Assembly (NCBI GenBank): GCA_963843285.1
Contig: CAWJJO010000004.1
Location: 5,521-69,520 of the forward strand
DNA: 64,000 nt
From: an uncultured bacterium
GTDB lineage: Bacteria; Acidobacteriota; HRBIN11; JAKEFK01
Reading direction: 5' to 3'
Below the pieces are notes generated by a model, which saw nothing but the letters and a program-made list of their open reading frames with translations, was not told where the DNA came from and ran no database searches. The position numbers and the translations under genes were made by a program. Shown here in pieces: positions 30,901-40,877 of the stretch. How positions within the stretch are numbered: the first letter of the stretch is position 1; every line of letters begins with the position of its first letter.

Positions 30901-31800
30901 GCGATTTCGTCCGGTGTGAGCTCCAAGCTCTCGTAGTTCGCTCTGGCAGCGGGCTTTGGCGCCTGCAAATGCCTGGTCGATCGCTTCGAATTCGCGGAAT
31001 CGTTCGGCTATTCCGATGGCGGCTTCACGCGTGTCAGCCGCTCCGGTCACAAATGCGATCCGAGTCGTCATTCCCGGCTTCGAGCTCGACGCGCCGGCGC
31101 AAGCTGAAGATCGGATCGAGCACCGGGCCGGTGGTCCGCGATAAGCGAGACCCCGAGTCCAAGGCGGCGGGATTGGCCGGCGTGCGACCGCGTCCGAGAA
31201 ATCTCATTCGATCCGTCTCGTATTCAATCTCTTCAGTGGCCGAAACGCTCGCTGCCGAAGTGTGAATCGCCCAGACTGGATGCTCGTTCGCGCCGCGGGG
31301 TCGGCGTCGGGCCAAAAGTGCGCCGCACCGGGGATCGAATTCCGTCTCCAGGAATAGCTTTGCGAAAGCAGGGTGGGCCTGATCGGCCCGACGGTCATTC
31401 AGACACACCTCCGCATAGCTCGTCAGCTCGAGTTCGCGGTGGCGAAGGCCGTGATTGACTAGCGTCACCGCACGTACCTCAGCATCTGCATCCGGCACGA
31501 CACAAACGGCACAGCGGGTCTCGATGTCGCCATCCCGTCGACGAAACTCCGCCCGGTCGGTATGAAACTCGAATTCAGATTCATCAGCGGTCTGGCGGCA
31601 GCGGTTGGCTGCCAATCGACCACAGACTGTCGTCGCTGAGGTCACGAATGTAATAGAACTGGCCCCAACAGTCGCGCGTGGCATCTTCGCGCCAGCGGGT
31701 TACATCCAGGTCGCGCCAGCTGCTGTAGCCTGCGCCGGCGCTCGTGATCATCACGCTGTACGAGCCGTTGGATAGCAGCGCTACCTGCAGGTTGCGATTT
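27931..31800 (-). pseudogene. GH94-family glycoside phosphorylase / cyclic beta-1,2-glucan synthase-like gene, 5'-truncated and broken by >=6 frameshifts
   Basis: GH94 hallmarks spread over different frames: SYSVMITSAGAGYSSWRDLDVTRWREDATRD (~31.75 kb), LELTSYAEV, DLVILDE, GAYGFRDQLQD, HWWHP, GDWNDGMN, RFEPCIPPSWPGF. Locally very high GC. Confidence 0.6.
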
Positions 31801-31978
31801 CATTTCTCGTCCTTTCGACATCAGAATCCTGTTGATACTACTTACTATTGACAAAAGTATGAACTGAGTGGCAAGCAAGCAAGCCCATAGGCGTCTTGCC
31901 GAATTACGAGGACCTGCGATGGCTTCAAATAAGGTGGGAAGATAGGGTTGCAACGCGGAGAACGCGGAGAGCACTGAG

Positions 31979-32022
31979 GTGTAAGAATGGAGATGGGGAG
32001 ATGAGGGTGGATGGGTACGCGC
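31979..32022 (+). repeat. G-rich palindromic-repeat family, single degenerate arm
   Basis: GTGTAAGAATGGAGATGGGGAGATGAGGGTGGATGGG, preceded by tandem AACGCGGAG AACGCGGAG. Confidence 0.7.
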
Positions 32023-32024
32023 TA

Positions 32025-32330
32025 TTATTCGTCCCAGGCTGCGACGCACCAGATCTGGATTGGCGTAGTGCCCCACTGCAGCATACGGTTCCCTGGACTT
32101 CCGACAATAGGGCATTCAGTATCGCCTTCTTGATCGATCACTACGATCCCTTTTGGCTTTCCTGTGGCCGGGTCAACCGGCATGTGGTGTGAGAACGTCG
32201 GGGAGTGACCGAAGCTTTGAAGACTGCCGGCGCCCGTAAACTGCCGGTTCTTCAAGACGTCGAAGTCCGCATTCAGTACCCAGAATTGCAGCAGAGATCC
32301 GGGCTGAAGTGTCGTAATCATCAAATTCAC
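32025..32330 (-). CDS. 101-aa hypothetical ORF translationally coupled to tandem-kinase ORF
   Basis: Its ATG overlaps the kinase TGA (ATGA). No recognisable motif. Confidence 0.3.
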   Translation of the reverse strand: MNLMITTLQPGSLLQFWVLNADFDVLKNRQFTGAGSLQSFGHSPTFSHHMPVDPATGKPKGIVVIDQEGDTECPIVGSPGNRMLQWGTTPIQIWCVAAWDE

Positions 32331-34003
32331 GATCCGATCTCTCCAGCCGCTTTTCGCTGGACCCTGTCAAACAGGCTGGTGAAAGCGACAATGCGTTCTT
32401 CGCTCCGGTCCTTTTCCAGACAGCTCATCACAATGCGTTCCAGCTCCTCCGGCACATCGGCGCCAAGCAAACGAGGAGCCGACGGAATTTCGTGAGCGAT
32501 GCGGTACAGGACCGACTGAATTTCTCCTGCGAAAGGCGCTTCTCCCACCAGACACTCATACAGCACCGTTCCCAGAGAATAAATATCGGAACGTCCATCC
32601 AGGTCTCCCTGCGATAATTGCTCCGGACTGAGATAGGCGACTGTGCCCACTAACATCCCTGTTTTGGTGAGATGGCTTTGAGTCGAGGACATGGCAAGAC
32701 CGAAGTCGGTCACACGCACACGCGCTCCACCCGTAGCCGTTTCTCCCACCGATACGAGAATATTTTCCGGCTTGATGTCGCGATGTACGACCCCTTTCGT
32801 GTGGCTGTATTCCAGAGCATCCGATACCTGAATACCGATGTCGATGACATCTCCCAAACTCAGAGAGCGGTCGCGCAGCAAAGCTCGAAGACTCGATCCC
32901 GGAACGTACGGCATGACAAAGAACAGAGCTCCGGCGTGTTCGCCGATATCGTATACGTTCACGATTGCCGGATGATCCATCTTCGCAACCACGCGCGCCT
33001 CTCGCTTGAAGCGTTCCACCGCGTCGGTGGAAAGAGCGTCCGGAGTGATCACTTTGACAGCCACTTCGCGATCCAGCATCGGATCCCGAGCGAGGTAAAC
33101 CACACCCATTCCGCCACGGCCCAGCTCGCGAATAATCTGATACCGGTTGGCAAAGCGTAGCGCCCTCAGCGCATTGGCCAGCTCCATAGCGGAGGAGTAG
33201 CGCTGATTCCTGTCCTTGACCATGGCGCGGCGAAGGATCGGATCCAGCCCCTGCGGCATCAGAGCGGAAACGGAGCTCGGAAGCGGAGGATCGGCTGTGG
33301 CAATTTCATGCAAGATCGAAAGAACACTGGGACCGCTGAAAGGAACTTTTCCGGTGGCTGCTTCATATAGAACGGCTCCCAAGGAGAAAATATCGGTGCG
33401 GAAATCGAGTGGTTCGCCGCGCGTTTGCTCCGGCGACATGTACGCCACGGTTCCTACAATCATTCCTGTTTTCGTGAGCTTACTGACGGTTTGCTCACCG
33501 CTTACCTTTTCATCCTCAACCTGGACCACCTTCGCCAGGCCGAAATCGAGTATTTTGGCCTGCCCGTTGGGTGTTACTAATATGTTCGAAGGTTTGATGT
33601 CCCGGTGGATCAGACCCGCGGAATGCGCTGCCGCAAGACCATCGGCAATCTGCGATCCAAGATCCAGAAGCTGCGATAATTCCAGGGGACCTCGCTGTAG
33701 CAAGGATCTTAACGTTTCCCCTTCCACATATTCCATGACGATGAAATCCGCGCCATCAACCTCTTCGATGTTATAGATCGTAACGATGTTCGGATGATTT
33801 AAAGCGGATGCAGACCGCGCTTCCTGCAACAGACGCCGCTTCGCTGTGGCATCCTGGGAAGCGGAAGAGGGCAAGAACTTGACGGCCACCTGGCGTCCAA
33901 GCTTGAGGTCCTGGGCTTTAAAGACTTCACCCATTCCCCCCTGCCCGATTTTTTCAAGAATGCGGTAATGAAGTATTTTCTGTTCGGGACCGGATGAATT
34001 CAC
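32327..34003 (-). CDS. stand-alone tandem Ser/Thr kinase (two kinase domains); truncated duplicate of the N-terminus of 18619..25050
   Basis: 558 aa. The first ~533 aa are near-identical to the giant protein (e.g. IATADPPLP vs IATTDPPLP), then a unique 25-aa tail [25 protein letters not shown]. Confidence 0.8.
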   Translation of the reverse strand: MNSSGPEQKILHYRILEKIGQGGMGEVFKAQDLKLGRQVAVKFLPSSASQDATAKRRLLQEARSASALNHPNIVTIYNIEEVDGADFIVMEYVEGETLRSLLQRGPLELSQLLDLGSQIADGLAAAHSAGLIHRDIKPSNILVTPNGQAKILDFGLAKVVQVEDEKVSGEQTVSKLTKTGMIVGTVAYMSPEQTRGEPLDFRTDIFSLGAVLYEAATGKVPFSGPSVLSILHEIATADPPLPSSVSALMPQGLDPILRRAMVKDRNQRYSSAMELANALRALRFANRYQIIRELGRGGMGVVYLARDPMLDREVAVKVITPDALSTDAVERFKREARVVAKMDHPAIVNVYDIGEHAGALFFVMPYVPGSSLRALLRDRSLSLGDVIDIGIQVSDALEYSHTKGVVHRDIKPENILVSVGETATGGARVRVTDFGLAMSSTQSHLTKTGMLVGTVAYLSPEQLSQGDLDGRSDIYSLGTVLYECLVGEAPFAGEIQSVLYRIAHEIPSAPRLLGADVPEELERIVMSCLEKDRSEERIVAFTSLFDRVQRKAAGEIGS

Positions 34004-34078
34004 GATAACTCCGTGGAACTTCGGGCTAAATCAGCAAAAGTAAAAGTATACCAGAGTGGGTGTAACAAGGGGGATAGG
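32406..34078. repeat. segmental duplication copy B (near-identical to 23451..25115)
   Basis: See copy A. Confidence 0.85.
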
Positions 34079-34106
34079 GAGATAATGGGGATGTGGGGAT
34101 AGCGGA
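34069..34106 (+). repeat. G-rich palindromic-repeat family, single arm
   Basis: GTGTAACAAGGGGGATAGGGAGATAATGGGGATGTGGGGATAGCGG, immediately before the ATG at 34107. Confidence 0.8.
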
Positions 34107-35828
34107 ATGAAAAAGAAGAAGGGCCGGCGCACGTCGGAGAGGGATCCGCTGATCAAGGTTCTATCCACATTTCGGCGCACGGATACGACATCTTTTGAGG
34201 ATGCATGGGTGGGGATGGAACCGACTTTTCAATCGGCGAAGTCGGTGAAGAAGTGGCGCAAGATGTCTGAAGAAGTTGGAGGCGAGGATGCCTACTTCCT
34301 TGATCCATACATGCTCAATACACAGAAAGAGGTCGCCAAATCGATTGTCAAACGGTATCGACGCAAAAAGGAACAAGGAGATCGGGCCTGTTTCTTTCTG
34401 GATGTGAAGCGCGAAAAGGATCAGGATCCGTGGAAGGTACAGCGTCAAAATCTTCACTTCGTTTGGGATGCGCAAGGAATCGAGGACTTCGAGGTGCGGT
34501 TTACGCTCGATCCGGAAACTTTCGAATACAGCATCAAGCCTGTTCCTCTTCTCTGGTTCTATGATGAGAGGTTCGTTCGTTTCCTGGAAGAGTTCCTGTG
34601 GAAGGTGCCCCTGCAGCATGGTCTATCGCCGTCCATCGCGCACGGAGGCGCTCAGTTCTCTCTATCGGCAAAAACGTACCTGACCGGAAGTCTTCTGGCA
34701 GACGACATCGCGGATAAATTGAATCATCCTGAATTGACGAACTGGATCTTCGATTGGCCGAATCCGGATGATCGCTCCTTCCGTGCTACGGAACAGCGTT
34801 TCGCGGCGTTCCGGAATCTGCTTTCCGCTTACTGGTCCGGAGGATTTCACCCAAAAGTGAAAGGCCTTCTCACTGCATCGAACGCTTATTTTGATGACGG
34901 ATTCAGTCCGGTTCAGACAGATAAAAAGGGCCTCATGGATTGGAACAGTGGTCCGGTCGGCAATGACCAACAGATTTTTCAGACGAACTTTTGTTTTGGC
35001 CGCGCAATCAGACTTTTCGCGCAGAATGTGCATCCCGGATACTGGCAGGCGGTGGATCCCAAAGAAGATGGCTATCGCCCCGATCAAATCATGCGCTACA
35101 GTGAGGCCAACCTCAACCGTTTGCAAATCGCGGGCGAGTGGCACGTCAAGAGCGGCGAACCATTGGATGTCGAGCGTGCGCCGAAATTGGACGCAACCCT
35201 CGATTCCTCCATGCTCACAACGGAGGCGAGTTACGAGAACCGCGGCCAGATGGGGCGCACCAGCGCAAAGGACTTTGTGGAAGCGCTGCTCCTCTCAATC
35301 CATCGCGCACGCTACCTCAAAGCACATCCTTGCGTGCGCGTAAAAGGCTCTCTGCTTCAGGATCAACTCCTGATCCATGCGGAAGCCACAGTGAAAAAAT
35401 ATGCGGGCAGCGCTGCGCTGGACAGATTGAAAGTGAACGCGCGGAAATCAAATCTTGAGTATTCCAAAGGGCGGCTCAAAATGGATTGGATTGAGCCGGA
35501 GACGCTGTTCTGGAGCGCATGGCATGCGCTTCCACGCAAAGAGAAAGCCGCAATTGCGTCGGAAGTCATCGGTCGTTTCGTTTCCTATGTCGAAGAGTCT
35601 GCATCGATGGATCCGCGTCCCGCGAAGGATGATCCGATGGAATGGCATCGGCACCGGATTCATCCCGTCCTATGGAAGGCTCTTGAAGATGGAAAAAGCA
35701 TTTTTAAGCCGGATGACTCTGTGCAGCGCGAGCTCAGAGCGTTTCGCGCAAATCGCAAGAAATATCTGGATCGCAGACCTGTCTTTTCGCAAATCCGCTT
35801 GAGACGGCCCTGGGGTTCGGAAGTGTAG
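34107..35828 (+). CDS. hypothetical protein, 573 aa, no recognisable domain
   Basis: Long ORF with good coding character. Its stop TAG lies inside the repeat start GTGTAGAAG. Confidence 0.6.
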   Translation: MKKKKGRRTSERDPLIKVLSTFRRTDTTSFEDAWVGMEPTFQSAKSVKKWRKMSEEVGGEDAYFLDPYMLNTQKEVAKSIVKRYRRKKEQGDRACFFLDVKREKDQDPWKVQRQNLHFVWDAQGIEDFEVRFTLDPETFEYSIKPVPLLWFYDERFVRFLEEFLWKVPLQHGLSPSIAHGGAQFSLSAKTYLTGSLLADDIADKLNHPELTNWIFDWPNPDDRSFRATEQRFAAFRNLLSAYWSGGFHPKVKGLLTASNAYFDDGFSPVQTDKKGLMDWNSGPVGNDQQIFQTNFCFGRAIRLFAQNVHPGYWQAVDPKEDGYRPDQIMRYSEANLNRLQIAGEWHVKSGEPLDVERAPKLDATLDSSMLTTEASYENRGQMGRTSAKDFVEALLLSIHRARYLKAHPCVRVKGSLLQDQLLIHAEATVKKYAGSAALDRLKVNARKSNLEYSKGRLKMDWIEPETLFWSAWHALPRKEKAAIASEVIGRFVSYVEESASMDPRPAKDDPMEWHRHRIHPVLWKALEDGKSIFKPDDSVQRELRAFRANRKKYLDRRPVFSQIRLRRPWGSEV

Positions 35829-35870
35829 AAGGGGGATGTGGGGATGAGGGGATATTGGGATAGGTAAGGG
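35823..35870 (+). repeat. G-rich palindromic-repeat family, single arm (GTGTAGAAG variant supplies the TAG stop)
   Basis: GTGTAGAAGGGGGATGTGGGGATGAGGGGATATTGGGATAGGTAAGGGG. Confidence 0.8.
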
Positions 35871-35936
35871 GTTTGTCTTCGGGGCGAGAATCCATTATTC
35901 TTTTGTGTTTCACACTCCACTTCAAGAGGAAGAACT

Positions 35937-37958
35937 ATGAAAATATTGATTTTGGTTGCAATCACATTTGCCGTTCTTGCGGCTTTTCGGGCGCCTGTAG
36001 AAGGCGCCGATGCATCAGGTCTGGAAAAGAAGAACTTTGACGATTCGATCCGTCCTCAGGACGATCTCTATCGATTCGTCAACAATCACTGGCTGAAAAA
36101 TACTCCGATTCCGGCCGACAAATCGAATTACGGCACGTTCACCATGCTTTTCGATCAATCGCTGGAGCGGCTGAAGCTCATCGTGGAAGAAGCAGCCGGA
36201 TCCAACGCAGCTTCGGGAACCGAAGCGCAGAAAGTCGGTGATTTCTACAAGAGCTATATCAATACAGAGAAACTGGAAGCTCTTGGCTTGAAGCCGGTCG
36301 AACCTTATTTCAAGGAAGTGGATGCGATTTCCGACAAGCAAGCGCTCGCCCGATGGTTTGCGAAGGGGAACCATGTCGGGATCACCGGTCCGATCCGGTT
36401 ATTTGTGGACCAGGACAAAAAGGACGCCAGTCAATACACCGCCTACTTTTTTCAGAGCGGTCTCGGATTGCCGGACAGGGATTACTACTTCAAAGATGAT
36501 GAGAAGAGCAAAGGAATCCGCGACGCTTATCTGAAACACATCGAAACGATGTTTTCACTCGCGGGCTTCGCGGATCCCGCCGGAAGCGCAAAGAAAATCT
36601 ATGCAATCGAAGAACAGCTTGCCAAGGGTCAGTGGACGCGAGTAGAAAATCGCGACGCAGTCAAAACATACAACAAAGTGGAAACAGCTCAGCTGGGAAC
36701 GCTCACTGCCGATTTCGACTGGAAAGCCTTTGTAGACGGTCTGGGGATCCAGAATCAAAAGGCAGTTGTTGTATTTCAGCCCTCCTACATCACCACGTTC
36801 GGCACAGTTCTGAAGAGCGCCTCGCTCGATGACTGGAAGCTCTACGCAAAGTGGCATGTGCTTTCCGATGCAGCTTCGTATCTGTCGAAAGCGTTTGACG
36901 ACGAAGACTTTAACTTCAACAGCAAAACGCTGCGCGGCATTCAAGAGCAGGAGCCGCGTTGGAAGGAAGCCGCTGAAAACATCGACGCTCTGATCGGCGA
37001 AGCGGTTGGAAAGATCTATGTGCAGAAATATTTCCCGCCGGAAGACAAGGCGCGAATGGAAAAGCTCGTTCAGAATCTGCTGGCAGCGTACGATCAAAGC
37101 ATCCAGAGTCTCGATTGGATGACCCCGGAAACGAAAAAAGCAGCCAAAGCAAAACTCGCGAAGTTCACCTATAAGATCGGATATCCCGACAAATGGCGCG
37201 ACTATTCTTCCATGACGATTCAAGCGGACGATCTGCTGGGGAACGTCATCCGCGCAACGGAGTTTGAATACAACCGCGATTTGAATAAGCTGGGAAAACC
37301 GATCGATCGCACCGAATGGGGAATGAGGCCGCAAACGGTCAATGCGTATTACAACCCGGTCATGAACGAAATCGTGTTTCCTGCGGCGATCCTTCAGCCG
37401 CCATTCTTTAACAAGAATGCGGATGATGCCGTGAATTACGGCGGAATCGGCGCGGTGATCGGACATGAAATCGGGCACGGGTTCGACGATCAAGGCTCGC
37501 AGTATGATGGCGACGGCAATCTGCGCAACTGGTGGACCGATCTGGATCGCAAGGAATTTGAGGCGCGAACTGGAAAGCTCGTGGCGCAATACGATTCTTT
37601 CTTCCCCGTTACAGGCGAACACGTCAACGGCAAACTGACTCTCGGCGAAAACATCGGCGATCTGGGCGGACTCAGCATCGCGTACAAGGCGTACAAGCTG
37701 TCATTGAATGGAAAAGAAGCTCCCGTGATTGATGGCTTCACGGCCGATCAACGCTTCTTCATGGGATGGGCGCAAGTGTGGGCGCGTCTGTATCGCGACG
37801 AAGAGCTGCGGCAGCGTCTGGTGACCGATCCGCACAGCCCGAGCGAGTACCGTTGCAACGGTGTGGTACGCAATATTCCGGAATTCTACACGACGTTCGG
37901 TGTGAAGGAAGGAGATAAGCTGTATTTGAAGCAAGAAGAGCGCGTGAAGATCTGGTGA
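35937..37958 (+). CDS. M13-family metalloendopeptidase (neprilysin/PepO-like), secreted
   Basis: Signal peptide. HEIGHGFD zinc motif, ENIGDLGG (ENIADxGG-like), NAYY. Confidence 0.85.
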   Translation: MKILILVAITFAVLAAFRAPVEGADASGLEKKNFDDSIRPQDDLYRFVNNHWLKNTPIPADKSNYGTFTMLFDQSLERLKLIVEEAAGSNAASGTEAQKVGDFYKSYINTEKLEALGLKPVEPYFKEVDAISDKQALARWFAKGNHVGITGPIRLFVDQDKKDASQYTAYFFQSGLGLPDRDYYFKDDEKSKGIRDAYLKHIETMFSLAGFADPAGSAKKIYAIEEQLAKGQWTRVENRDAVKTYNKVETAQLGTLTADFDWKAFVDGLGIQNQKAVVVFQPSYITTFGTVLKSASLDDWKLYAKWHVLSDAASYLSKAFDDEDFNFNSKTLRGIQEQEPRWKEAAENIDALIGEAVGKIYVQKYFPPEDKARMEKLVQNLLAAYDQSIQSLDWMTPETKKAAKAKLAKFTYKIGYPDKWRDYSSMTIQADDLLGNVIRATEFEYNRDLNKLGKPIDRTEWGMRPQTVNAYYNPVMNEIVFPAAILQPPFFNKNADDAVNYGGIGAVIGHEIGHGFDDQGSQYDGDGNLRNWWTDLDRKEFEARTGKLVAQYDSFFPVTGEHVNGKLTLGENIGDLGGLSIAYKAYKLSLNGKEAPVIDGFTADQRFFMGWAQVWARLYRDEELRQRLVTDPHSPSEYRCNGVVRNIPEFYTTFGVKEGDKLYLKQEERVKIW

Positions 37959-38005
37959 GTGTAAGAAGGGAGATGGGGAGATGAGGGTGATGTGGGGATA
38001 AGGAT
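37959..38005 (+). repeat. G-rich palindromic-repeat family, single arm, abutting the TGA stop of the M13 gene
   Basis: GTGTAAGAAGGGAGATGGGGAGATGAGGGTGATGTGGGGATAAGG. Confidence 0.85.
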
Positions 38006-38129
38006 TATTTTTTTGAGGCTTCGTAACGCCAGAAATCGCCTGGAAGAAGAATGTCAATATCTTCTTTCTTACACCTCATTGGAAGTCCCGCCATAAGGCG
38101 ATAGAATCAACGTAGAAGGAGGTGTTCGA

Positions 38130-38510
38130 ATGCCGCTGACTGTACGCGTGGAAGAAAAGGGTCGAGGAATGTATATGGTTTACTCTGAAGGAACCATCGA
38201 TGCGAATACGCATACCATTTTGCGATCCGAAATGGACGCAATTTTGAAGAAGTCCCCCAGGATGATCATCATGGACATGAAAGATGTAAAGTACATTAGC
38301 AGCGCGGGGATTGCCGTAGTCCTGACTACAGAAAAGTCGATGAAAGATCATGGTGGCGATCTATTGATGGTTCATCTTCCCCCTCAAATTAAGAAAGTTT
38401 TTGATATCGTTCAGGCTCTTCCCTCTCAACAAATCTTCGCCAGCGTTGAGGAGCTGGACAGGTATCTGATTGAGATGCAACGAAAAGTAAAAGACGGAGA
38501 GATTGAGTAA
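38130..38510 (+). CDS. STAS-domain anti-sigma-factor antagonist (SpoIIAA/RsbV-like)
   Basis: 126 aa; DMKDVKYISSAGIAVVL STAS core. Confidence 0.75.
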   Translation: MPLTVRVEEKGRGMYMVYSEGTIDANTHTILRSEMDAILKKSPRMIIMDMKDVKYISSAGIAVVLTTEKSMKDHGGDLLMVHLPPQIKKVFDIVQALPSQQIFASVEELDRYLIEMQRKVKDGEIE

Positions 38511-38525
38511 CCATACCGGGATGAA

Positions 38526-38951
38526 ATGTTCCGCAAAAACTTTGAAATCAAGAATGATTTGAAAGAAATCGATATTTTAGCGGCCGATGTTTTGGAACTT
38601 TGCCGCAATCACGGCATCGATGAGAATTCCTGTCACGATATCCGGCTCGCGCTGGAAGAAGCGGTTTCCAATACCATCAAATATGCTTACGACGATTCGC
38701 AGATTCACAAGATTCGAGTCGTTGCTGGAACGGACAATCAGAAATTCTTCCTGGAAATCGAAGATGACGGAAAGCCGTTCAATCCGCTGGAAAAACCTGC
38801 CCCCAATCTTTCCCTGTCTGTTGAGGAAAAGCCGATCGGCGGACTCGGAATTTATCTTTTGCGCAAAATTATGGATCAAGTGGAATATCAGAGAATCGAT
38901 TCCAGGAATGTTTTGCGGATGACGAAAATTACACCGGCTAAAAACACTTGA
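38526..38951 (+). CDS. anti-sigma regulatory factor Ser/Thr kinase (RsbW/SpoIIAB-like, HATPase_c)
   Basis: 141 aa; EEAVSNTIKYAY and GGLGIYLLRKIMD ATP-lid motifs. Adjacent to the STAS gene. Confidence 0.7.
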   Translation: MFRKNFEIKNDLKEIDILAADVLELCRNHGIDENSCHDIRLALEEAVSNTIKYAYDDSQIHKIRVVAGTDNQKFFLEIEDDGKPFNPLEKPAPNLSLSVEEKPIGGLGIYLLRKIMDQVEYQRIDSRNVLRMTKITPAKNT

Positions 38952-38960
38952 CCATTTCAT

Positions 38961-39012
38961 GTGTAAGAAGGGGATGTGGAATGAGGAACATCTCCCTGCT
39001 GACACATCGAGC
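38961..39012 (+). repeat. G-rich palindromic-repeat family, short collapsed copy with mini inverted repeat (GGGGATGTGGA...AACATCTCCC)
   Basis: GTGTAAGAAGGGGATGTGGAATGAGGAACATCTCCCTGCTGACACATCG; shares ACACATCGAG with the 43320 copy. Confidence 0.6.
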
Positions 39013-39044
39013 GCGATGACCTTCTGGCGCAATAAAATGCCAGT

Positions 39045-40427
39045 TTGTCATACAAGAATTACAGCGCTTCCTCGCTGAACAATCGGCACGCAGGTTGCAC
39101 GTGGATTGTCTCAGAAGGAGGAATCAACGCAATGAAACAATCAACCCTTGAGCCTGAAAAAACATTTCAGCGATCGCCTTCAATTCATAGTGGTGGCTTC
39201 TCGCGAGCGCGGGTGGATCGAATGCATGCCACCATGAGACGCCACGTTAAAGAAAGCGGGTTGCCTGGTCTTGTTACGCTTGTTTACCATCGCGGTCATG
39301 AACACGTGGACGCAATCGGTTCTTTTGCTTTTGACAACAAGGTACCGATGGAACGGAATACGATCTTCCGACTTGCATCCATGACAAAGCCGGTCACGGC
39401 GGTCGGTGCGATGATCCTTGTGGAGGAATGTAAACTCCGGCTGGACGATCCGATCGACAACTGGTTGCCGGAACTAAAAGATCGCAAGGTGTTGCGAACA
39501 ATCGACAGCCCACTGGACGATACCGTGCTTGCCAAGCGCCCGATTACACTCCGTGATCTTCTCACGTTTCGATCAGGTTACGGTGAAATCGGATTCCTTG
39601 CGCCAACTTCTCTGCTGATGAAAGCGATGTTCGAAGCGCAACTTCCTCTCAGCACCTGGCCACTGACATATACAGCGGACGAGTTCATGAAGTGCTTGGG
39701 AAACCTGCCGCTTGCGCATCAGCCGGGTGAGCGATGGCTGTACCATATGGGCTCCGAAATATTAGGCGTGTTGATCGCTCGCGTCTCCGGCAAATCGCTG
39801 TCCTCATTTCTTAGCGAGCGAATCTTCGAACCACTTGGGATGACAGACACAGGTTTCTACGTGCCGGAAGCGAAACTCGATCGACTTCCAACCTGTTACG
39901 GAATGAATTTTCCAATGGTGGATTATGTACCTTCTTCGCCTGATTCTTCTTTTAGCTTCGAGCTCATCGTATTGGACGAAGCACACGGCGGCAATTTCTC
40001 ACACCCACCCGTCTTCGAATCCGGCGGCGGGGGGCTCGTGTCGACAGCAGACGATCTGCTGGCCTTCGGCAAAATGATGTTGAACAACGGCGCATACAAT
40101 GGCGGGCGCATCCTTTCGCGGCCGGCAATCGAGTTGATGACAACGGACCATCTCACGCCCGAGCAGAAGAAAGCTTCTCCATTCTTCGAGAATTTTTGGG
40201 ATACTCGTGGCTGGGGTTTCGGCTTGTCGATGGTCACAAGGCGGGATGATCTTGCAGATGTGCCGGGACGCTTTGGTTGGGACGGCGCATTCGGGACTTC
40301 CTGGTACGTTGATCCAAAAGAAGATTTGATTGGTATTTTCTTGGTCCAGCGGCGTCCGGACGTGCTGGCGATTCCCGCTGTCACGAACGATTTTTGGACC
40401 TCGGCTTACCAGTTGATCGACGATTGA
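39045..40427 (+). CDS. serine hydrolase of beta-lactamase/PBP4-like family (likely true start ~39132)
   Basis: S-x-x-K active-site motif in RLASMTKPVTAV; typical class C/esterase fold length. Confidence 0.7.
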   Translation: MSYKNYSASSLNNRHAGCTWIVSEGGINAMKQSTLEPEKTFQRSPSIHSGGFSRARVDRMHATMRRHVKESGLPGLVTLVYHRGHEHVDAIGSFAFDNKVPMERNTIFRLASMTKPVTAVGAMILVEECKLRLDDPIDNWLPELKDRKVLRTIDSPLDDTVLAKRPITLRDLLTFRSGYGEIGFLAPTSLLMKAMFEAQLPLSTWPLTYTADEFMKCLGNLPLAHQPGERWLYHMGSEILGVLIARVSGKSLSSFLSERIFEPLGMTDTGFYVPEAKLDRLPTCYGMNFPMVDYVPSSPDSSFSFELIVLDEAHGGNFSHPPVFESGGGGLVSTADDLLAFGKMMLNNGAYNGGRILSRPAIELMTTDHLTPEQKKASPFFENFWDTRGWGFGLSMVTRRDDLADVPGRFGWDGAFGTSWYVDPKEDLIGIFLVQRRPDVLAIPAVTNDFWTSAYQLIDD

Positions 40428-40540
40428 GACAAGTTCATTCATGTTGAGCTTATGACTTCGTCGGTCTACCGTGGGTTTGGGTTCCGGCTTTTGAATTCAA
40501 CTACACATCATCCATAGATTCTGACTTTCGACAGCCGCAC

Positions 40541-40858
40541 GTGGACGAAGTGACGTTTGGCGTCGAACAACAACTACCATGGGGCCGGATTTTCGCATTG
40601 CCCCGGGGCACGTTCCGGCTCGATGCGCACAACATTCTGGACCTCCGTATCGAAAAGCAGTTCCGTGCCGGACCGGGTCAAATGCGATTCACAGCCGACA
40701 TCTTCAATCTCTTCAATACAGCCGAGGTCACATCGTGGACGATAAATTCGGGTCGGACAACTTCGGACAGCCAACAGCTTTCTCTTCCCCGCGACAGATC
40801 AGACTTGGAATCAGGTATACCTTCTAGATTATGTAACCGAGACTTAGCCGGAGACTAA
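40541..40858 (+). pseudogene. C-terminal remnant of an outer-membrane beta-barrel (TonB-dependent-receptor-like) gene, frameshifted
   Basis: Frame 2 gives ...FTADIFNLFNTAEV, then frame 1 gives ...SSPRQIRLGIRYTF*, a terminal aromatic typical of OM barrels. No upstream part of the gene is present. Confidence 0.4.
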
Positions 40859-40877
40859 ATAACACCGCAGGTCTTTC

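Noticed and set aside
32205-32495. 96-aa + strand ORF and identical 23357..23542 ORF
   Set aside because: Both are antisense products of the duplicated kinase coding sequence; their identity only reflects the duplication.
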